Origin: Escherichia phage ECp13
Length of the DNA stretch: 64,000 nt
Direction: 5' to 3' (one strand)
Sequence record: PP274704.1
How positions within the stretch are numbered: position 1 is the stretch's first letter; every line of letters starts with the position of its first letter. The notes under the pieces are model-generated. The model was not told the DNA's origin and ran no database searches. It was given only the letters and a program-made list of their open reading frames with translations. Shown here piece after piece: positions 22,621-33,333 of the stretch. The position numbers and the translations under genes were made by a program.

Positions 22621-24678
22621 ATGGAACTTATTACAGAATTATTTGACGGCGCTTCGGCGCCGGTTGTTAACTTAAATCCTAAGCACAAAATACCTCAAAT
22701 TTTTGCTATTCAAGCCGGCGAAGAAAGCGTGCTTCCTGGATTTAGATTTTGTACATACACCTCTGGCGGTGATACAAATAAAAACGTTAAGCCAGGCGAT
22801 AAAATGATGCATATCGTAATGATAGGTGTTAATGAGAAACTATCATTAGTTAAACTTAAAAACTTGGGTGGAAATCCAATTGGTGTCATTAATGCCGTTT
22901 TTGATACTGCTCTTCAAACAATGAAACAGTATAAAATTGACGCATGCCTATTCCGCGTACTAAAAAGTAAAACAAATGGCGCAGCTCGTCAAATGCAAGT
23001 TATTGCTGACCGTTTAGTACGTACTAAAGGAGCAGGTCGATATGTTCTTTTAAAGGAAATCTGGGATTACGATAAAAAGTATGCATATATTATGGTTTAC
23101 CGTAAAAATGCCAATTTAGAAGACATTCCAGGTGTACCTCCTATTTCAACTGAGTTATTCACAAAAGTTGAATCAAAGGTTGGTGATGTTTATGTAGATG
23201 TTAAAACAGGTAATGCTGTTCCTAAAGCTGTTGCTGTTGCTGCTTCTATTGCTTTAGAAAATGATAAGCGCACGGATCAAGCCGTTATTCAGAAAACTAA
23301 AATTAGTCGTCGATTAGCAGCACAAGCTCAATATTCTACTGTAGATGCTTCGCTTCAGGGTGATAGCTTCGCTGCCAAGAAATATCAAGAGTTTGAATCT
23401 AAAGTTCCGGTATATAAAGCAGAAGGACCAATGAACTCTGGTGTTATTCAGATTGGTTCAAACTTCAGCAAAGGAGCTATCGGTGGTATGAGAAGTGCTT
23501 CTCGTTTTAAATCTAGCGATTATGAACTAGAAAGCTTCCGAAATCATATTGCATTGGCCCATGCACGTTTACGTGATCCGTCTATCAGACTGCAGAGCGA
23601 TATAACACATCAAGGTTCTCAAGAATATTTAAAGAATAAAGAATTTTTTGATTATAAAACCGATAAAATTTTGAGCGATCTCGCTGACATTAATATTTCT
23701 AATAGCTTTGATGTTATTAAGAAAATTATCAATGATTTAGTTAAAGGTTCTAAAGCTACGCCAGACGAAAAGGTAGCTATTATTCAATTTGTCATGAATG
23801 GCATTTATAAATTGATTAATGAATCTGCTGCTCAGGCATATGAATACGCAAGCACCGAAGTAACTCCAAAAGGATTAACTCAGGCTGAGTCTGATGTAAT
23901 TGAAGATTATTGCGCAGATTCATATGTTGAAATGAACTCGTTCCTTTTAGGTAAACCGGATTCTACCCGTGAAGAATACATGGAACGAGCTATTAAACAC
24001 ATCGAGACGCTGGATTCTGCATTCGCCAAAGGATCAGTTCTTCCTCCGGGAACTACGCTTTATCGTGGTCAAGAAGTTACTTTTAAAACTTTACGTCATA
24101 ATATTGAAAATAAAATGTTCTATTTCAAGAACTTCGTATCAACATCGCTTAAACCAAATATCTTCGGTGAGCATGGTAAAAACTATATGGCTCTAGATGA
24201 TTCCGGTGCAGTATTTTCTGGTGAAGGAGAAGGTTCTGTTGATGCTGAAGATTTAATGCATATGGGTAGTCACTCTTCTTATGCGAATGAAGATGCTGAA
24301 ACTAGCGTAGGTATGGTAATAAAAGGAGCTGAGCGAATTAAAGTTATCGTTCCAGGTCATTTATCAGGATTTCCATCAGAAGCTGAAGTTATTTTACCGC
24401 GTGGAATTTTGCTGAAGATTAATAAAGTGAGTACATACATGATGAAAGAAACTGCTTATAACAAGTATCTAATCGAAGGCACAATCGTTCCTCCTTCTGA
24501 ACAATTAGAAGAATCGGTATATGATGGCGATCATCTAATGGAAACTGGTGAAGTTCGTCCAATGGCTGGGTTTAATCAATTCCTTGTAGAAGAATCAAAA
24601 GAAGAGGAAAACGAAGTTTCTCAAATCTTGGCTTCTTTGGTTAACATCAACGGAATGTCTAAAAAGTTCAAGATGTAG
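22621..24678 (+). CDS. ADP-ribosyltransferase, Alt paralog, copy 2
   Basis: 685 aa; N-terminal ~230 aa closely similar to copy 1; R-S-E triad retained (LYRGQ, FVSTSL, EAEVILPRG); an insert sits between the STS and E-x-E motifs. Confidence 0.8.
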   Translation: MELITELFDGASAPVVNLNPKHKIPQIFAIQAGEESVLPGFRFCTYTSGGDTNKNVKPGDKMMHIVMIGVNEKLSLVKLKNLGGNPIGVINAVFDTALQTMKQYKIDACLFRVLKSKTNGAARQMQVIADRLVRTKGAGRYVLLKEIWDYDKKYAYIMVYRKNANLEDIPGVPPISTELFTKVESKVGDVYVDVKTGNAVPKAVAVAASIALENDKRTDQAVIQKTKISRRLAAQAQYSTVDASLQGDSFAAKKYQEFESKVPVYKAEGPMNSGVIQIGSNFSKGAIGGMRSASRFKSSDYELESFRNHIALAHARLRDPSIRLQSDITHQGSQEYLKNKEFFDYKTDKILSDLADINISNSFDVIKKIINDLVKGSKATPDEKVAIIQFVMNGIYKLINESAAQAYEYASTEVTPKGLTQAESDVIEDYCADSYVEMNSFLLGKPDSTREEYMERAIKHIETLDSAFAKGSVLPPGTTLYRGQEVTFKTLRHNIENKMFYFKNFVSTSLKPNIFGEHGKNYMALDDSGAVFSGEGEGSVDAEDLMHMGSHSSYANEDAETSVGMVIKGAERIKVIVPGHLSGFPSEAEVILPRGILLKINKVSTYMMKETAYNKYLIEGTIVPPSEQLEESVYDGDHLMETGEVRPMAGFNQFLVEESKEEENEVSQILASLVNINGMSKKFKM

Positions 24679-24731
24679 TTTACAAGTCCCTCGTGTTGTG
24701 TTATAGTAGTCTTACTGACATAACATGAGGA
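24678..24731 (+). promoter_or_regulatory. early promoter plus 5' leader, copy B of the 54-nt repeat
   Basis: 53 of 54 nt identical to 9161-9214. Confidence 0.5.
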
Positions 24732-24738
24732 ACACAAA

Positions 24739-25029
24739 ATGAAATCTTCTTTACGCTTTTTAGGTCAAGAACTTGTAGTTGAAGGCGTTATTCCTGCTGA
24801 TAACGCTTTTAATGAAGCAGTTTATGATGAATTTATCAAAATTTTTGGAACAGATAAAAAGTTCGGAATTTTTCCTTCTGAAAATTTTTCAAAGCCAGAA
24901 CAGACTGAAAGCATTTTCCAGGGTGTAGTAACAGGTAAATTTGAGTCAGAAGCTCCGGTAAAAATTGAAGTTTATATTGAAGACAGTTTAGTTGCTTCAG
25001 TTGCTGCTTTCATTTCATTCCGTAAATAA
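24739..25029 (+). CDS. hypothetical protein
   Basis: 96-aa ORF behind a copy of the 54-nt promoter-leader repeat; terminator follows. Confidence 0.45.
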   Translation: MKSSLRFLGQELVVEGVIPADNAFNEAVYDEFIKIFGTDKKFGIFPSENFSKPEQTESIFQGVVTGKFESEAPVKIEVYIEDSLVASVAAFISFRK

Positions 25030-25034
25030 AAATA

Positions 25035-25054
25035 TGGGGACCTTTCGGTCCCCA
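25035..25054. terminator. bidirectional terminator between the convergent alt-region and gene 54 transcripts
   Basis: TGGGGACC-TTTC-GGTCCCCA hairpin between two convergent stop codons. Confidence 0.65.
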
Positions 25055-25057
25055 TTG

Positions 25058-26023
25058 TTATATTGCTCCTAATATTTTACTTTGCGAATTGACAATTCCC
25101 GTCATAGTATTAATGTTTGAAATGCTTCCAGCAGTTCCTCCTAATCTACTAAGTCGTGAAAGCGAATTAGATAATCCAGTAACACCTCCACTATTTCCGA
25201 GAACGCTTTGAATGCCATTTATAGCAGCAGACTCAAGCCACTCAAGCGCAGCTTGTCTATCAACCGATCCAGCCTGCATGACTCTATACGCAAAAGTAAC
25301 ATCAAATGTAGTTATTTGGTTATCTCCATCATATGATAACTCAGGAGCGCTCACTGACACTGGAATGCATCCGGTGAACATCACTGCAGTATGAGGTAAT
25401 CCATTACGAGCATGAAGATTAACCTGAATATCTGCCTCGACATCTTGTGGCAAAGCACGCAGTCCAGTTACTGGGTCTTGAACAGCGTTAACCCAGTCTT
25501 GCATTGCACGATAGTTACAAGCTTCTGAATCCATTCTAAATGAAATAACCAAAGGGTCTAATTCTCTCCCAGTTATGCGAATATTAGGAGAATTATAGTT
25601 CCAGTCAGTTTCATAGGATAATCTATTCTCTGGCATTTTTACAGAGTATATCATCAACCCAGATGAGTTATATGCCATGTTAAAGAAGTCAATTAAATAT
25701 GTACCAACTGTAAATGAGCCCAATAAACTTTGAACTGTACGTTGACTCATGGCACCAATAAGATATTTACTAACCCCTGATTTTCTTATCAGTTTTTGTG
25801 TGCCAGCAGTAATTAGCGTGGTAATTCCCTGATTAATATCGCCTTGAGACAATCCTAACCAGTCTGAATTTAGACCCAAGTTATTATAAGAAAAGTTGCT
25901 AATTGAACTTATCAACGAAGAGCTTTTAGTTGATGGAGTTGTCGCAAAAACGCAGCTAAACATATTATTACGTTGAAAATCTGCGTTTATTGCTTGATTA
26001 TTAAATTCCTCTAAAGAATACAT
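25058..26023 (-). CDS. 54: baseplate tail-tube initiator
   Basis: 321 aa; synteny and size match T4 gp54. Confidence 0.8.
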   Translation of the reverse strand: MYSLEEFNNQAINADFQRNNMFSCVFATTPSTKSSSLISSISNFSYNNLGLNSDWLGLSQGDINQGITTLITAGTQKLIRKSGVSKYLIGAMSQRTVQSLLGSFTVGTYLIDFFNMAYNSSGLMIYSVKMPENRLSYETDWNYNSPNIRITGRELDPLVISFRMDSEACNYRAMQDWVNAVQDPVTGLRALPQDVEADIQVNLHARNGLPHTAVMFTGCIPVSVSAPELSYDGDNQITTFDVTFAYRVMQAGSVDRQAALEWLESAAINGIQSVLGNSGGVTGLSNSLSRLSRLGGTAGSISNINTMTGIVNSQSKILGAI

Positions 26024-27117
26024 TAAAAAGTCCCCGCATATAAAGAAGCACGGTTTAACGTGATAATTTCTCTCATAGTAATCTCAAGAGTAAATGTACT
26101 AGGGAGGTTTGGAGCAATAGCTAATCCGTTAAAGTTACCATTAGGCGTTTTATCAAATCTGATGCTCTGTATTTGACATGGGCCAAATATTTCCGTTTTT
26201 CCATCAAACTTAGACGTTGCACCAAAGTTTTTCACCATCCAAATTGTCGGGTTTGAAACTACTAGAACGTTAGTTAAGCTCGATGTCATTTTCTCAAATA
26301 GTGTTTTATTTTTAGCTGCGTCTTCCGGAGATAAAGGTTCAATTAATGTAGAACGATACCAATCATCTAAATACCCCTTTATTTCAGCAGCATATTGAGA
26401 TTTGCCCGTTTCACCATAAGAAAAATAGTTAAAATATTGATAGATATTGATAATAGCCATCAAATCTTCTGTTGAACGTGGAGTCAAATCCCATGTAAAC
26501 ACTTTAGTTCTATTCTCAGCACCACCATACATACTTCTGGCTGTCGTATAAATCTGTTCATTATTATCAGCCATTATACCTTGTGTTATACTTTCCAGTG
26601 CCCCAAATACTGCAGTTGAAGCAATATTACTTAACACACCAGTAGCAGTACCTCCGCCTCTGCTGATAAGACTTTCTTGAACATCATTAAATCTGTGTGA
26701 TGATGTATCAACATCAGATTTAGATCTCGGTAAAAGAATGTTTGCGACAGGAGCTTTACTTATTGTTCCTGAATTGTTATTTGATATTAATCCATTTGAT
26801 AGTTTTGATACTGTACTACTAATAGTGTTTCTAGCTGTACTTAAAATACTCGAAGATGAAGAAGAGTAGTTAGATCTCATCGATCTAAGACTTCCAGAAT
26901 CCCTAGATGACATATTGTATGCAGTAAATAATAATCCATTCTTATATAGATCTGTTACCTGGAAGTCCCCTGTAGTGTCATTACCACTAGCACGCCCAGT
27001 TGGAAACTGGGCAGTGTATGTTTTAGTTGCTACTTCTGATTTAGTACTCTGTCCGGCTGAAATTTTCTCACCGGACTTTTTAATTAAATCAGCAGTTATT
27101 TCTTTAACAATTGCCAT
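26023..27117 (-). CDS. 48: baseplate tail-tube cap
   Basis: 364 aa; synteny and size match T4 gp48. Confidence 0.8.
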   Translation of the reverse strand: MAIVKEITADLIKKSGEKISAGQSTKSEVATKTYTAQFPTGRASGNDTTGDFQVTDLYKNGLLFTAYNMSSRDSGSLRSMRSNYSSSSSSILSTARNTISSTVSKLSNGLISNNNSGTISKAPVANILLPRSKSDVDTSSHRFNDVQESLISRGGGTATGVLSNIASTAVFGALESITQGIMADNNEQIYTTARSMYGGAENRTKVFTWDLTPRSTEDLMAIINIYQYFNYFSYGETGKSQYAAEIKGYLDDWYRSTLIEPLSPEDAAKNKTLFEKMTSSLTNVLVVSNPTIWMVKNFGATSKFDGKTEIFGPCQIQSIRFDKTPNGNFNGLAIAPNLPSTFTLEITMREIITLNRASLYAGTF

Positions 27118-27125
27118 ATTATTCC

Positions 27126-28898
27126 TTAATTAACTCCAGTCGCGCCAAATACACCGGGAGCAGTCGTGCTCGTTACGGGTGTCATATTATGAACGACAGT
27201 ATTTTTCTTAATAACATTATTAGTATTATTGATCGAAGGAGATGCTTGTTGAACAGGAGCTTGCTGTGCTTTGTTCTTTTCTATTACCTGGACTTGTTTT
27301 GCTTCTGGCGATTTAGCAGAAGTTTCAGGTTTGGCATTAGGCTGATTTTTCTTGAGCTCTTGATAAGTAGCATCAATTTTAGAAAATCTAGCAGCAAGTT
27401 CTTTTTTAACTGCCGGTGAATTATTTAAATCCGGGTCATCCATTCGTTTTTTAAGGTCTTCATAGGCAGCTTCAACTGATTTAACCGTTGAGTCTTTACT
27501 CATATCAGCCGAATCAGCGTATTTTTCAAAACGAATCATCGCGGCCCGGGCTTCATTAGCTTTCATTAAAGCATTTTTTCTTTCTTCAGGTGAAAGTTGC
27601 TTTAATTTTTCTTCTTCTGCTGCACGTTCTTCGTCGGTAGTTAGTGCTTCTTTATTATCAACGCCACGAATCCAGTTAGATGCACGAGTTTTCCAGTTCG
27701 CAATTTTGTCTAGTCCTTCTGCTATCGGACCAAGGTCTCCATTCATTCGTTTATCTTGATAATTCGCAACTTTTTCCTGGTCTTCTTTATTGAGAGATGC
27801 TCCAGTAGAATTTTGGAAATTTTCCAGTGCTCTTCCTTCTACTTCGTCAGCAGTATCTTTCATACCAGGAATAACTCGAAGAATTGCTGCTGATAATTTA
27901 GCCATCCCAAGCTGAATAAGTTCTCCTAAATTATAAAGAACCTTTCCAAGCCCTTCTACAATAGCTACCGTCAAACCGCCCCAATCTCCCTCTTCCCAGA
28001 ATTTTTTAATTTCATCGATAGAACTAAAGATGCTCTGTAATAAAGGACCCCATGTTCCGGTTTCGCTAGAGAATTTAGTAAAGTCTGTACTAAACAAATC
28101 CCATGCCTGCGAAAATTTATCTGACCAATATTTAAAGTGAACCATCAGCAGATCTATTCCAACAACAACAGCCAATATCATTGCAGTCATTTTAGCAGCT
28201 TCAATAGCAGCACTGACAGTATACTTAAATAGCATGCTTGATATTTTATCAGTAATTGAAATGGATTTCTTAAATCCGAAATCAACAGTCTTTGTTAATT
28301 TATCTAAAGCTTGAGATAATTTTAAGTTAAATGCGTCTTTTTTCTGTTTTTCTTCTGGCGATTCTTGTTTAGGTTCAACTGGCTGAGGGGTAGGGAAAAA
28401 ATCAGCATCAGGATCATTATTAACCGCTTCAGGAGCCGGTAATAAAGGACCAACAGATTCAGCTGTATCATCCTCAACGACTTTAACAGGAATAGCGCTT
28501 TCAACCGTAGCTAAACTAGTTCCAGTCTGTTGAATTCCAGCTGTCTGGATTTTTTGCTCTAGTAAACTTGTTAATTTATCTAATTTACTTCCGAGTGATT
28601 CACCGATTTCTTTATTAATATTGTTGCCAATTTCTACAGTTTCAGCAATTAACTCAGAACCAGCAGTAGTATCACTCACTGCGTTTTCTACGTTGTCAAT
28701 TGCTCCAATTATTTCATTCGATTTTTCTTCGACAGTTTGAGCAATTAATTCAGAAGCAGCTTGAGCATCATCCAATTTCGTAGATATATCGTTAAGTCCA
28801 GATAAAGTGTTGGAAGCGGATTTAGCCGCTTCCTGTGTTGGTTTATTATCTGAAATAACTTTTCTACGCATCGTTTGCATTTCTTGTGGCTTTTTCAT
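27126..28898 (-). CDS. 29: tail tape-measure / baseplate hub protein
   Basis: 590 aa; synteny and size match T4 gp29. Confidence 0.8.
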   Translation of the reverse strand: MKKPQEMQTMRRKVISDNKPTQEAAKSASNTLSGLNDISTKLDDAQAASELIAQTVEEKSNEIIGAIDNVENAVSDTTAGSELIAETVEIGNNINKEIGESLGSKLDKLTSLLEQKIQTAGIQQTGTSLATVESAIPVKVVEDDTAESVGPLLPAPEAVNNDPDADFFPTPQPVEPKQESPEEKQKKDAFNLKLSQALDKLTKTVDFGFKKSISITDKISSMLFKYTVSAAIEAAKMTAMILAVVVGIDLLMVHFKYWSDKFSQAWDLFSTDFTKFSSETGTWGPLLQSIFSSIDEIKKFWEEGDWGGLTVAIVEGLGKVLYNLGELIQLGMAKLSAAILRVIPGMKDTADEVEGRALENFQNSTGASLNKEDQEKVANYQDKRMNGDLGPIAEGLDKIANWKTRASNWIRGVDNKEALTTDEERAAEEEKLKQLSPEERKNALMKANEARAAMIRFEKYADSADMSKDSTVKSVEAAYEDLKKRMDDPDLNNSPAVKKELAARFSKIDATYQELKKNQPNAKPETSAKSPEAKQVQVIEKNKAQQAPVQQASPSINNTNNVIKKNTVVHNMTPVTSTTAPGVFGATGVN

Positions 28899-29428
28899 TC
28901 AAATAATCCAATAATATTACCAATTCCAGTTATTGGACCATTAGGGCCAGGAATTGCTAAAGTTGTAAAAATATCATTTGCCCATTTTAAAACGAATGCT
29001 GGCATCTCAAGAAAATTAATTTCTTTAACTTCATCATTGACCTTAAGCAAGCATTTGGATAACATATCGCTCACCGTTAAAAATTGTTCAAATTTTCCAG
29101 GAGGTCTAAAATAAAATGTATTTCCTTGGTATTGAAATTCTAATCTTTGGCACACATAAACATCATTAATGTCATAAGTATAACCATCTATTTCTTTACG
29201 AGATTTAATCTTTCCATTAAATTCCAATAAATGAATGGAAACGAAATCAACTTCTGCTGGTGATAAATTCGGACAAATAGAATCAATAAGAAGTTTTAAA
29301 TTTTCATCAGGACCTTTAACATCTTTTAAAATGTTATAATGTTTAAGACCCATTTTAGGAATAGAAACTTCTTTATTGCTTATTGGAAGAACTACTTTCT
29401 TCAGTGGTAGTATCAGATTTAAATTCAT
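28895..29428 (-). CDS. 28: baseplate hub distal subunit
   Basis: 177 aa; synteny and size match T4 gp28. Confidence 0.75.
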   Translation of the reverse strand: MNLNLILPLKKVVLPISNKEVSIPKMGLKHYNILKDVKGPDENLKLLIDSICPNLSPAEVDFVSIHLLEFNGKIKSRKEIDGYTYDINDVYVCQRLEFQYQGNTFYFRPPGKFEQFLTVSDMLSKCLLKVNDEVKEINFLEMPAFVLKWANDIFTTLAIPGPNGPITGIGNIIGLFE

Positions 29429-30548
29429 TTTTAACCTTAACTGGGTCTATTGTTTCCAGTTTCGTTGCATTAGTGAACATATATAGATGAGTTACTGAAT
29501 TATTATTGGATAATTCGTGGATAACTTCATCAACGTAAAATTCTGTTTTAAATTGGTTTTTACTATCATTAAAAATAATTTTAACGCCAGGAGTCAAGTT
29601 AAAATTACCGACAGTAGAACATTTAGCATAGCCATCGTATTGTGCCATAGTTTGAAGACGAATAGCTTCTTCATATCCATTCCTATAAGTCATTTCAGAA
29701 TAAGCACCTGACCTTGACACTACAATAGAGTTTTCGCCCTTTCCTGTAGTAATCATTGGCAATGAAGAATCTAAAAATGAATGCGCATAGATAGTAGCGT
29801 TTTTCATTGGGTCGCGTTTGTGAGGATTCGATTTAGTCAACCAAACGAAATCATATGCTAATGGATATTTTAATTCTTGGATGAATTGACCTATTAAAGA
29901 TGGCTCACCGACAATCATTGGATACGGTTCTTGATTTATCATCATATCATAGTCCATCATGTTAACTCCCATGATGTCTTGCCACACAAATACAAATTTG
30001 TCACTTCCTACAGCTAGAGCAACTTCTCTGACATACGACAAATAGTTTTCAAATGTGCTAGTCCATGGAATATCAGGAACATAAGCATTTATAGCATTTA
30101 TTGCTGGAGTTAATAATGTGCGATCCTGATAAATGACACCAAGCATTTCCTTTATAGATTCACCTACATCAGAGAAAAACGGTCTGCCAAATTTAAGATT
30201 TTCTATAGAATGAATAGTTCCCAATTCAATAGCAATGATGTTATCACCCTTTGAATCTACTGACACGGAAAAATGCTTGCATCCATAAATTCGTGTTTTA
30301 ACATTATTAATATCGTTTGCATTAGCTACAGAAATCTGAATTATTTCATTTCCATCCATTTTTGTATGGATATTTTTAGAATCATAAAACTGCAGCATTC
30401 CTTCATTTCGGCCATAAAGAGAATCCCGCATAGTTAATGTGGTAATAGTAGCAGCTAATTCAACAAATCTATTATTACTCCAAGCGTCGTAGCTATCAAA
30501 TAATTTAACGCTGAGATTTGGATATCCTGGGCGTTGCAACATACTCAT
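29373..30548 (-). CDS. 27: baseplate hub subunit
   Basis: 391 aa; synteny and size match T4 gp27. Confidence 0.8.
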   Translation of the reverse strand: MSMLQRPGYPNLSVKLFDSYDAWSNNRFVELAATITTLTMRDSLYGRNEGMLQFYDSKNIHTKMDGNEIIQISVANANDINNVKTRIYGCKHFSVSVDSKGDNIIAIELGTIHSIENLKFGRPFFSDVGESIKEMLGVIYQDRTLLTPAINAINAYVPDIPWTSTFENYLSYVREVALAVGSDKFVFVWQDIMGVNMMDYDMMINQEPYPMIVGEPSLIGQFIQELKYPLAYDFVWLTKSNPHKRDPMKNATIYAHSFLDSSLPMITTGKGENSIVVSRSGAYSEMTYRNGYEEAIRLQTMAQYDGYAKCSTVGNFNLTPGVKIIFNDSKNQFKTEFYVDEVIHELSNNNSVTHLYMFTNATKLETIDPVKVKNEFKSDTTTEESSSSNKQ

Positions 30549-31297
30549 TATTGTTTATCCTTCTCAATCAGTTTTAATACGAATCCGCGCTCGGCAGGAA
30601 TCATTTTCATTATTGAATTTAAGCTATAATTACTTTTTACGAGTGTGTGATTAATTTGATAAAAAGTAAATATTTCATCTGGGTTAACTAATAGCTTAAA
30701 CACATCTACTATATCAGTGTATTTTTTTACATACTTATTACAACATGACATATGCAATGTTAAATTAATAGGATTCATTGCATCAAGAATTTTTTCTAAT
30801 GTTTCTATCTCGATGGCATCAACAAGTTCTATTTGACTTGATTCACTAATTTCCTTCCAATCATACCATATTTCATCTACTTGAACAGAATGAATATTTT
30901 CAGTAATCATCTTTGCTTTATTTTCATAAAACTCAGAAGGAAAATTTAATTTAATTCTAACATTAGCTACGTCAAAAATAGGTTCCTTTAATTCTTTTTG
31001 ATATATTTCAAATGGAACTGTCTTTTCTTTTTTACATTTTGGACATACAAATGTGACCGGTACTTTAGTTTTACCTATTGACCCTACAAATACCTGCAAA
31101 AATATAAATGGTTGCCAAGTCTTCGGATAGTCTCCAAAATAATCAGCAATTAAATCAGCAATTATTTCTTTTTGTTCTTGTGGTGACCGATGTTCTATAT
31201 CGTTTCGAACTAACAAAAAATCTCGATAATCTTCTACCGTAAATGGTTTAAAACGATGAACACCATCTGGTAATTTACAACGAATAATGTTTGCCAT
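30548..31297 (-). CDS. 51: baseplate hub assembly catalyst
   Basis: 249 aa; synteny and size match; late promoter upstream. Confidence 0.75.
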   Translation of the reverse strand: MANIIRCKLPDGVHRFKPFTVEDYRDFLLVRNDIEHRSPQEQKEIIADLIADYFGDYPKTWQPFIFLQVFVGSIGKTKVPVTFVCPKCKKEKTVPFEIYQKELKEPIFDVANVRIKLNFPSEFYENKAKMITENIHSVQVDEIWYDWKEISESSQIELVDAIEIETLEKILDAMNPINLTLHMSCCNKYVKKYTDIVDVFKLLVNPDEIFTFYQINHTLVKSNYSLNSIMKMIPAERGFVLKLIEKDKQ

Positions 31298-31314
31298 AGA
31301 TGCTCCTTTTATTC

Positions 31315-31322
31315 TATTTATA
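31315..31322 (-). promoter_or_regulatory. late promoter TATAAATA for gene 51
   Basis: Plus-strand TATTTATA; overlaps the gene 26 late promoter. Confidence 0.55.
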
Positions 31323-31326
31323 AATA
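31319..31326 (+). promoter_or_regulatory. late promoter TATAAATA for gene 26
   Basis: Exact motif 22 nt upstream of the gene 26 ATG. Confidence 0.55.
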
Positions 31327-31347
31327 TGATAAATAAAGGAGCTAAAT

Positions 31348-31980
31348 ATGTATGAATATAAATTTGATGTGAGAGTTGGTTCTAAAATAATCAACTGTCG
31401 CGCATTTACTCTTAAAGAATATCTAGAACTTATTACTGCTAAAAAGAACGGTTCAGTAGAAGAGATCGTTAAAAAGCTAATCAAAGACTGTACAAATGCA
31501 AAAGCAAAAGATTTAAACCGCCAAGAATCAGAACTACTGCTGATTCATTTATGGGCGCATTCTCTTGGAGAAGTTAATCACGAAAACTCCTGGAAGTGCA
31601 CCTGTGGAACTGAAATACCAACCCATATAAATCTATTACATACACAAATAGATGCACCAGAAGACCTCTGGTATACACTGGGTGACATTAAAATTAAGTT
31701 CCATTACCCTAAAATTTTTGATGATAAAAACATAGCCCACATGATAGTATCATGTATAGAAACGATTCATGCTAACGGTGAAAGCATTCCAGTTGAAGAC
31801 TTAAATGAAAAAGAACTGGAAGATTTATACTCTATCATCACAGAGTCAGATATTGTAGCTATAAAAGATATGCTTTTAAAGCCTACTGTTTATTTGGCTG
31901 TTCCAATTAAGTGTCCAGAGTGTGGAAAAACTCACGCTCATGTAATAAGAGGACTCAAAGAATTCTTTGAGCTATTGTAA
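31348..31980 (+). CDS. 26: baseplate hub subunit
   Basis: 210 aa; divergent from 51 as in T4; late promoter upstream. Confidence 0.75.
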   Translation: MYEYKFDVRVGSKIINCRAFTLKEYLELITAKKNGSVEEIVKKLIKDCTNAKAKDLNRQESELLLIHLWAHSLGEVNHENSWKCTCGTEIPTHINLLHTQIDAPEDLWYTLGDIKIKFHYPKIFDDKNIAHMIVSCIETIHANGESIPVEDLNEKELEDLYSIITESDIVAIKDMLLKPTVYLAVPIKCPECGKTHAHVIRGLKEFFELL

Positions 31981-32378
31981 TGGCAAATATTAATAAGCTT
32001 TATTCTGACATTGACCCAGAAATGAAAATGGATTGGGACAAAGATGTTTCTAGATCCCTTGGATTAAGGTCAATTAAAAATAGCCTTTTAGGAATTATTA
32101 CAACTAGAAAGGGGTCAAGGCCATTTGACCCAGAATTTGGATGCGATTTATCTGATCAGCTTTTTGAGAATATGACTCCTCTTACTGCTGATACTGTTGA
32201 GCGTAACATTGAAAGCGCAGTAAGAAACTACGAGCCACGTATTGATAAATTAGCAGTTAATGTAATACCAGTTTATGATGATTATACTCTGATAGTAGAA
32301 ATACGCTTTTCAGTCATCGATAACCCTGATGATATTGAGCAGATAAAACTGCAACTGGCTTCTAGTAACAGAGTATAA
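31980..32378 (+). CDS. 25: baseplate wedge subunit
   Basis: 132 aa; synteny and size match T4 gp25. Confidence 0.85.
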   Translation: MANINKLYSDIDPEMKMDWDKDVSRSLGLRSIKNSLLGIITTRKGSRPFDPEFGCDLSDQLFENMTPLTADTVERNIESAVRNYEPRIDKLAVNVIPVYDDYTLIVEIRFSVIDNPDDIEQIKLQLASSNRV

Positions 32379-32404
32379 TGCTTCACGTATAAACGTGGTA
32401 TAAT
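32377..32404 (+). promoter_or_regulatory. MotA-dependent middle promoter for uvsY
   Basis: MotA-box-like AATGCTTCA with TATAAT at 32399-32404, 20 nt downstream of TGCTT. Confidence 0.5.
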
Positions 32405-32444
32405 GAATCTAAGTCCATCCAATAACAATTGAATAGAGAACAAT

Positions 32445-32858
32445 ATGAGATTAGAAGATCTTCAAGAAGAATTGAAGAAAGATGTGTTTATAGATTCGAC
32501 TAAATTACAGTATGAAGCAGCTAATAATGTGATGTTATATAGTAAATGGCTTAATAAGCATTCAAGTATTAAAAAAGAAATGCTTAGAATTGAAGCACAG
32601 AAAAAAGTTGCTCTTAAAGCTAAATTAGACTACTACTCGGGACGAGGAGATGGTGATGAATTTAGTATGGACCGTTATGAGAAATCAGAAATGAAGACAG
32701 TTCTATCAGCTGATAAGGATGTTTTAAAAGTTGATACTTCATTGCAATATTGGGGAATTTTATTGGATTTCTGTAGCGGAGCTCTTGATGCTATTAAATC
32801 ACGCGGATTTGCTATTAAGCATATTCAAGACATGCGAGCATTTGAGGCTGGAAAATAA
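32445..32858 (+). CDS. uvsY: recombination mediator UvsY
   Basis: 137 aa; sequence recognised as UvsY; middle-promoter motif upstream. Confidence 0.9.
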   Translation: MRLEDLQEELKKDVFIDSTKLQYEAANNVMLYSKWLNKHSSIKKEMLRIEAQKKVALKAKLDYYSGRGDGDEFSMDRYEKSEMKTVLSADKDVLKVDTSLQYWGILLDFCSGALDAIKSRGFAIKHIQDMRAFEAGK

Positions 32859-33082
32859 TGAAATATAGCATTGATGATGCTTTTAATTATGAAGAAGAAT
32901 TCGAAACGGAAATTCAATTCTTAATGAAAAAGTATAATCTCAAGCGTCAGGATATTCGTATCCTGGCCGACCATCCATGCGGTGAAGATGTACTTTATGT
33001 TAAAGGAAAATTTGCTGGATATCTTGATGAATATTTTTATTCTAAAGATATGGGCATTGATATGCATATGAGAGTTATATAA
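32858..33082 (+). CDS. hypothetical protein (T4 uvsY.-1 position)
   Basis: 74-aa ORF coupled to the uvsY stop. Confidence 0.5.
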   Translation: MKYSIDDAFNYEEEFETEIQFLMKKYNLKRQDIRILADHPCGEDVLYVKGKFAGYLDEYFYSKDMGIDMHMRVI

Positions 33083-33085
33083 ATA
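33078..33085 (+). promoter_or_regulatory. late promoter TATAAATA upstream of the uvsY.-2-position ORF
   Basis: Exact motif 26 nt upstream of the ATG at 33111. Confidence 0.45.
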
Positions 33086-33110
33086 GATATATAATTTAGA
33101 GGAGACAATC

Positions 33111-33278
33111 ATGTCAGATAAGATTTGTGTTGTCTGTAAAACTCCAATCGATTCTGCATTGGTTGTTGAAACAGACAAAGGTCCTGTACATCCTGGGCCT
33201 TGTTATAATTACATTAAAGAACTACCGGTTTCAGAAAGTTCGGAAGAACAATTAAATGAAACACAACTTTTGCTATAG
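33111..33278 (+). CDS. hypothetical small Cys-containing protein (T4 uvsY.-2 position)
   Basis: 55-aa ORF, below the ORF-track length cutoff; GGAG ribosome-binding site; late promoter at 33078; CVVCKTP...HPGPC. Confidence 0.4.
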   Translation: MSDKICVVCKTPIDSALVVETDKGPVHPGPCYNYIKELPVSESSEEQLNETQLLL

Positions 33279-33301
33279 TGTGACCTTTAGTCTATAGTTT
33301 T

Positions 33302-33331
33302 GGCCCTTCCTTTTTGGTTGGGCCTTTTTTA
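33302..33331 (+). terminator. terminator after the uvsY operon
   Basis: GGCCC...GGGCC stem followed by TTTTTT. Confidence 0.55.
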
Positions 33332-33333
33332 AT

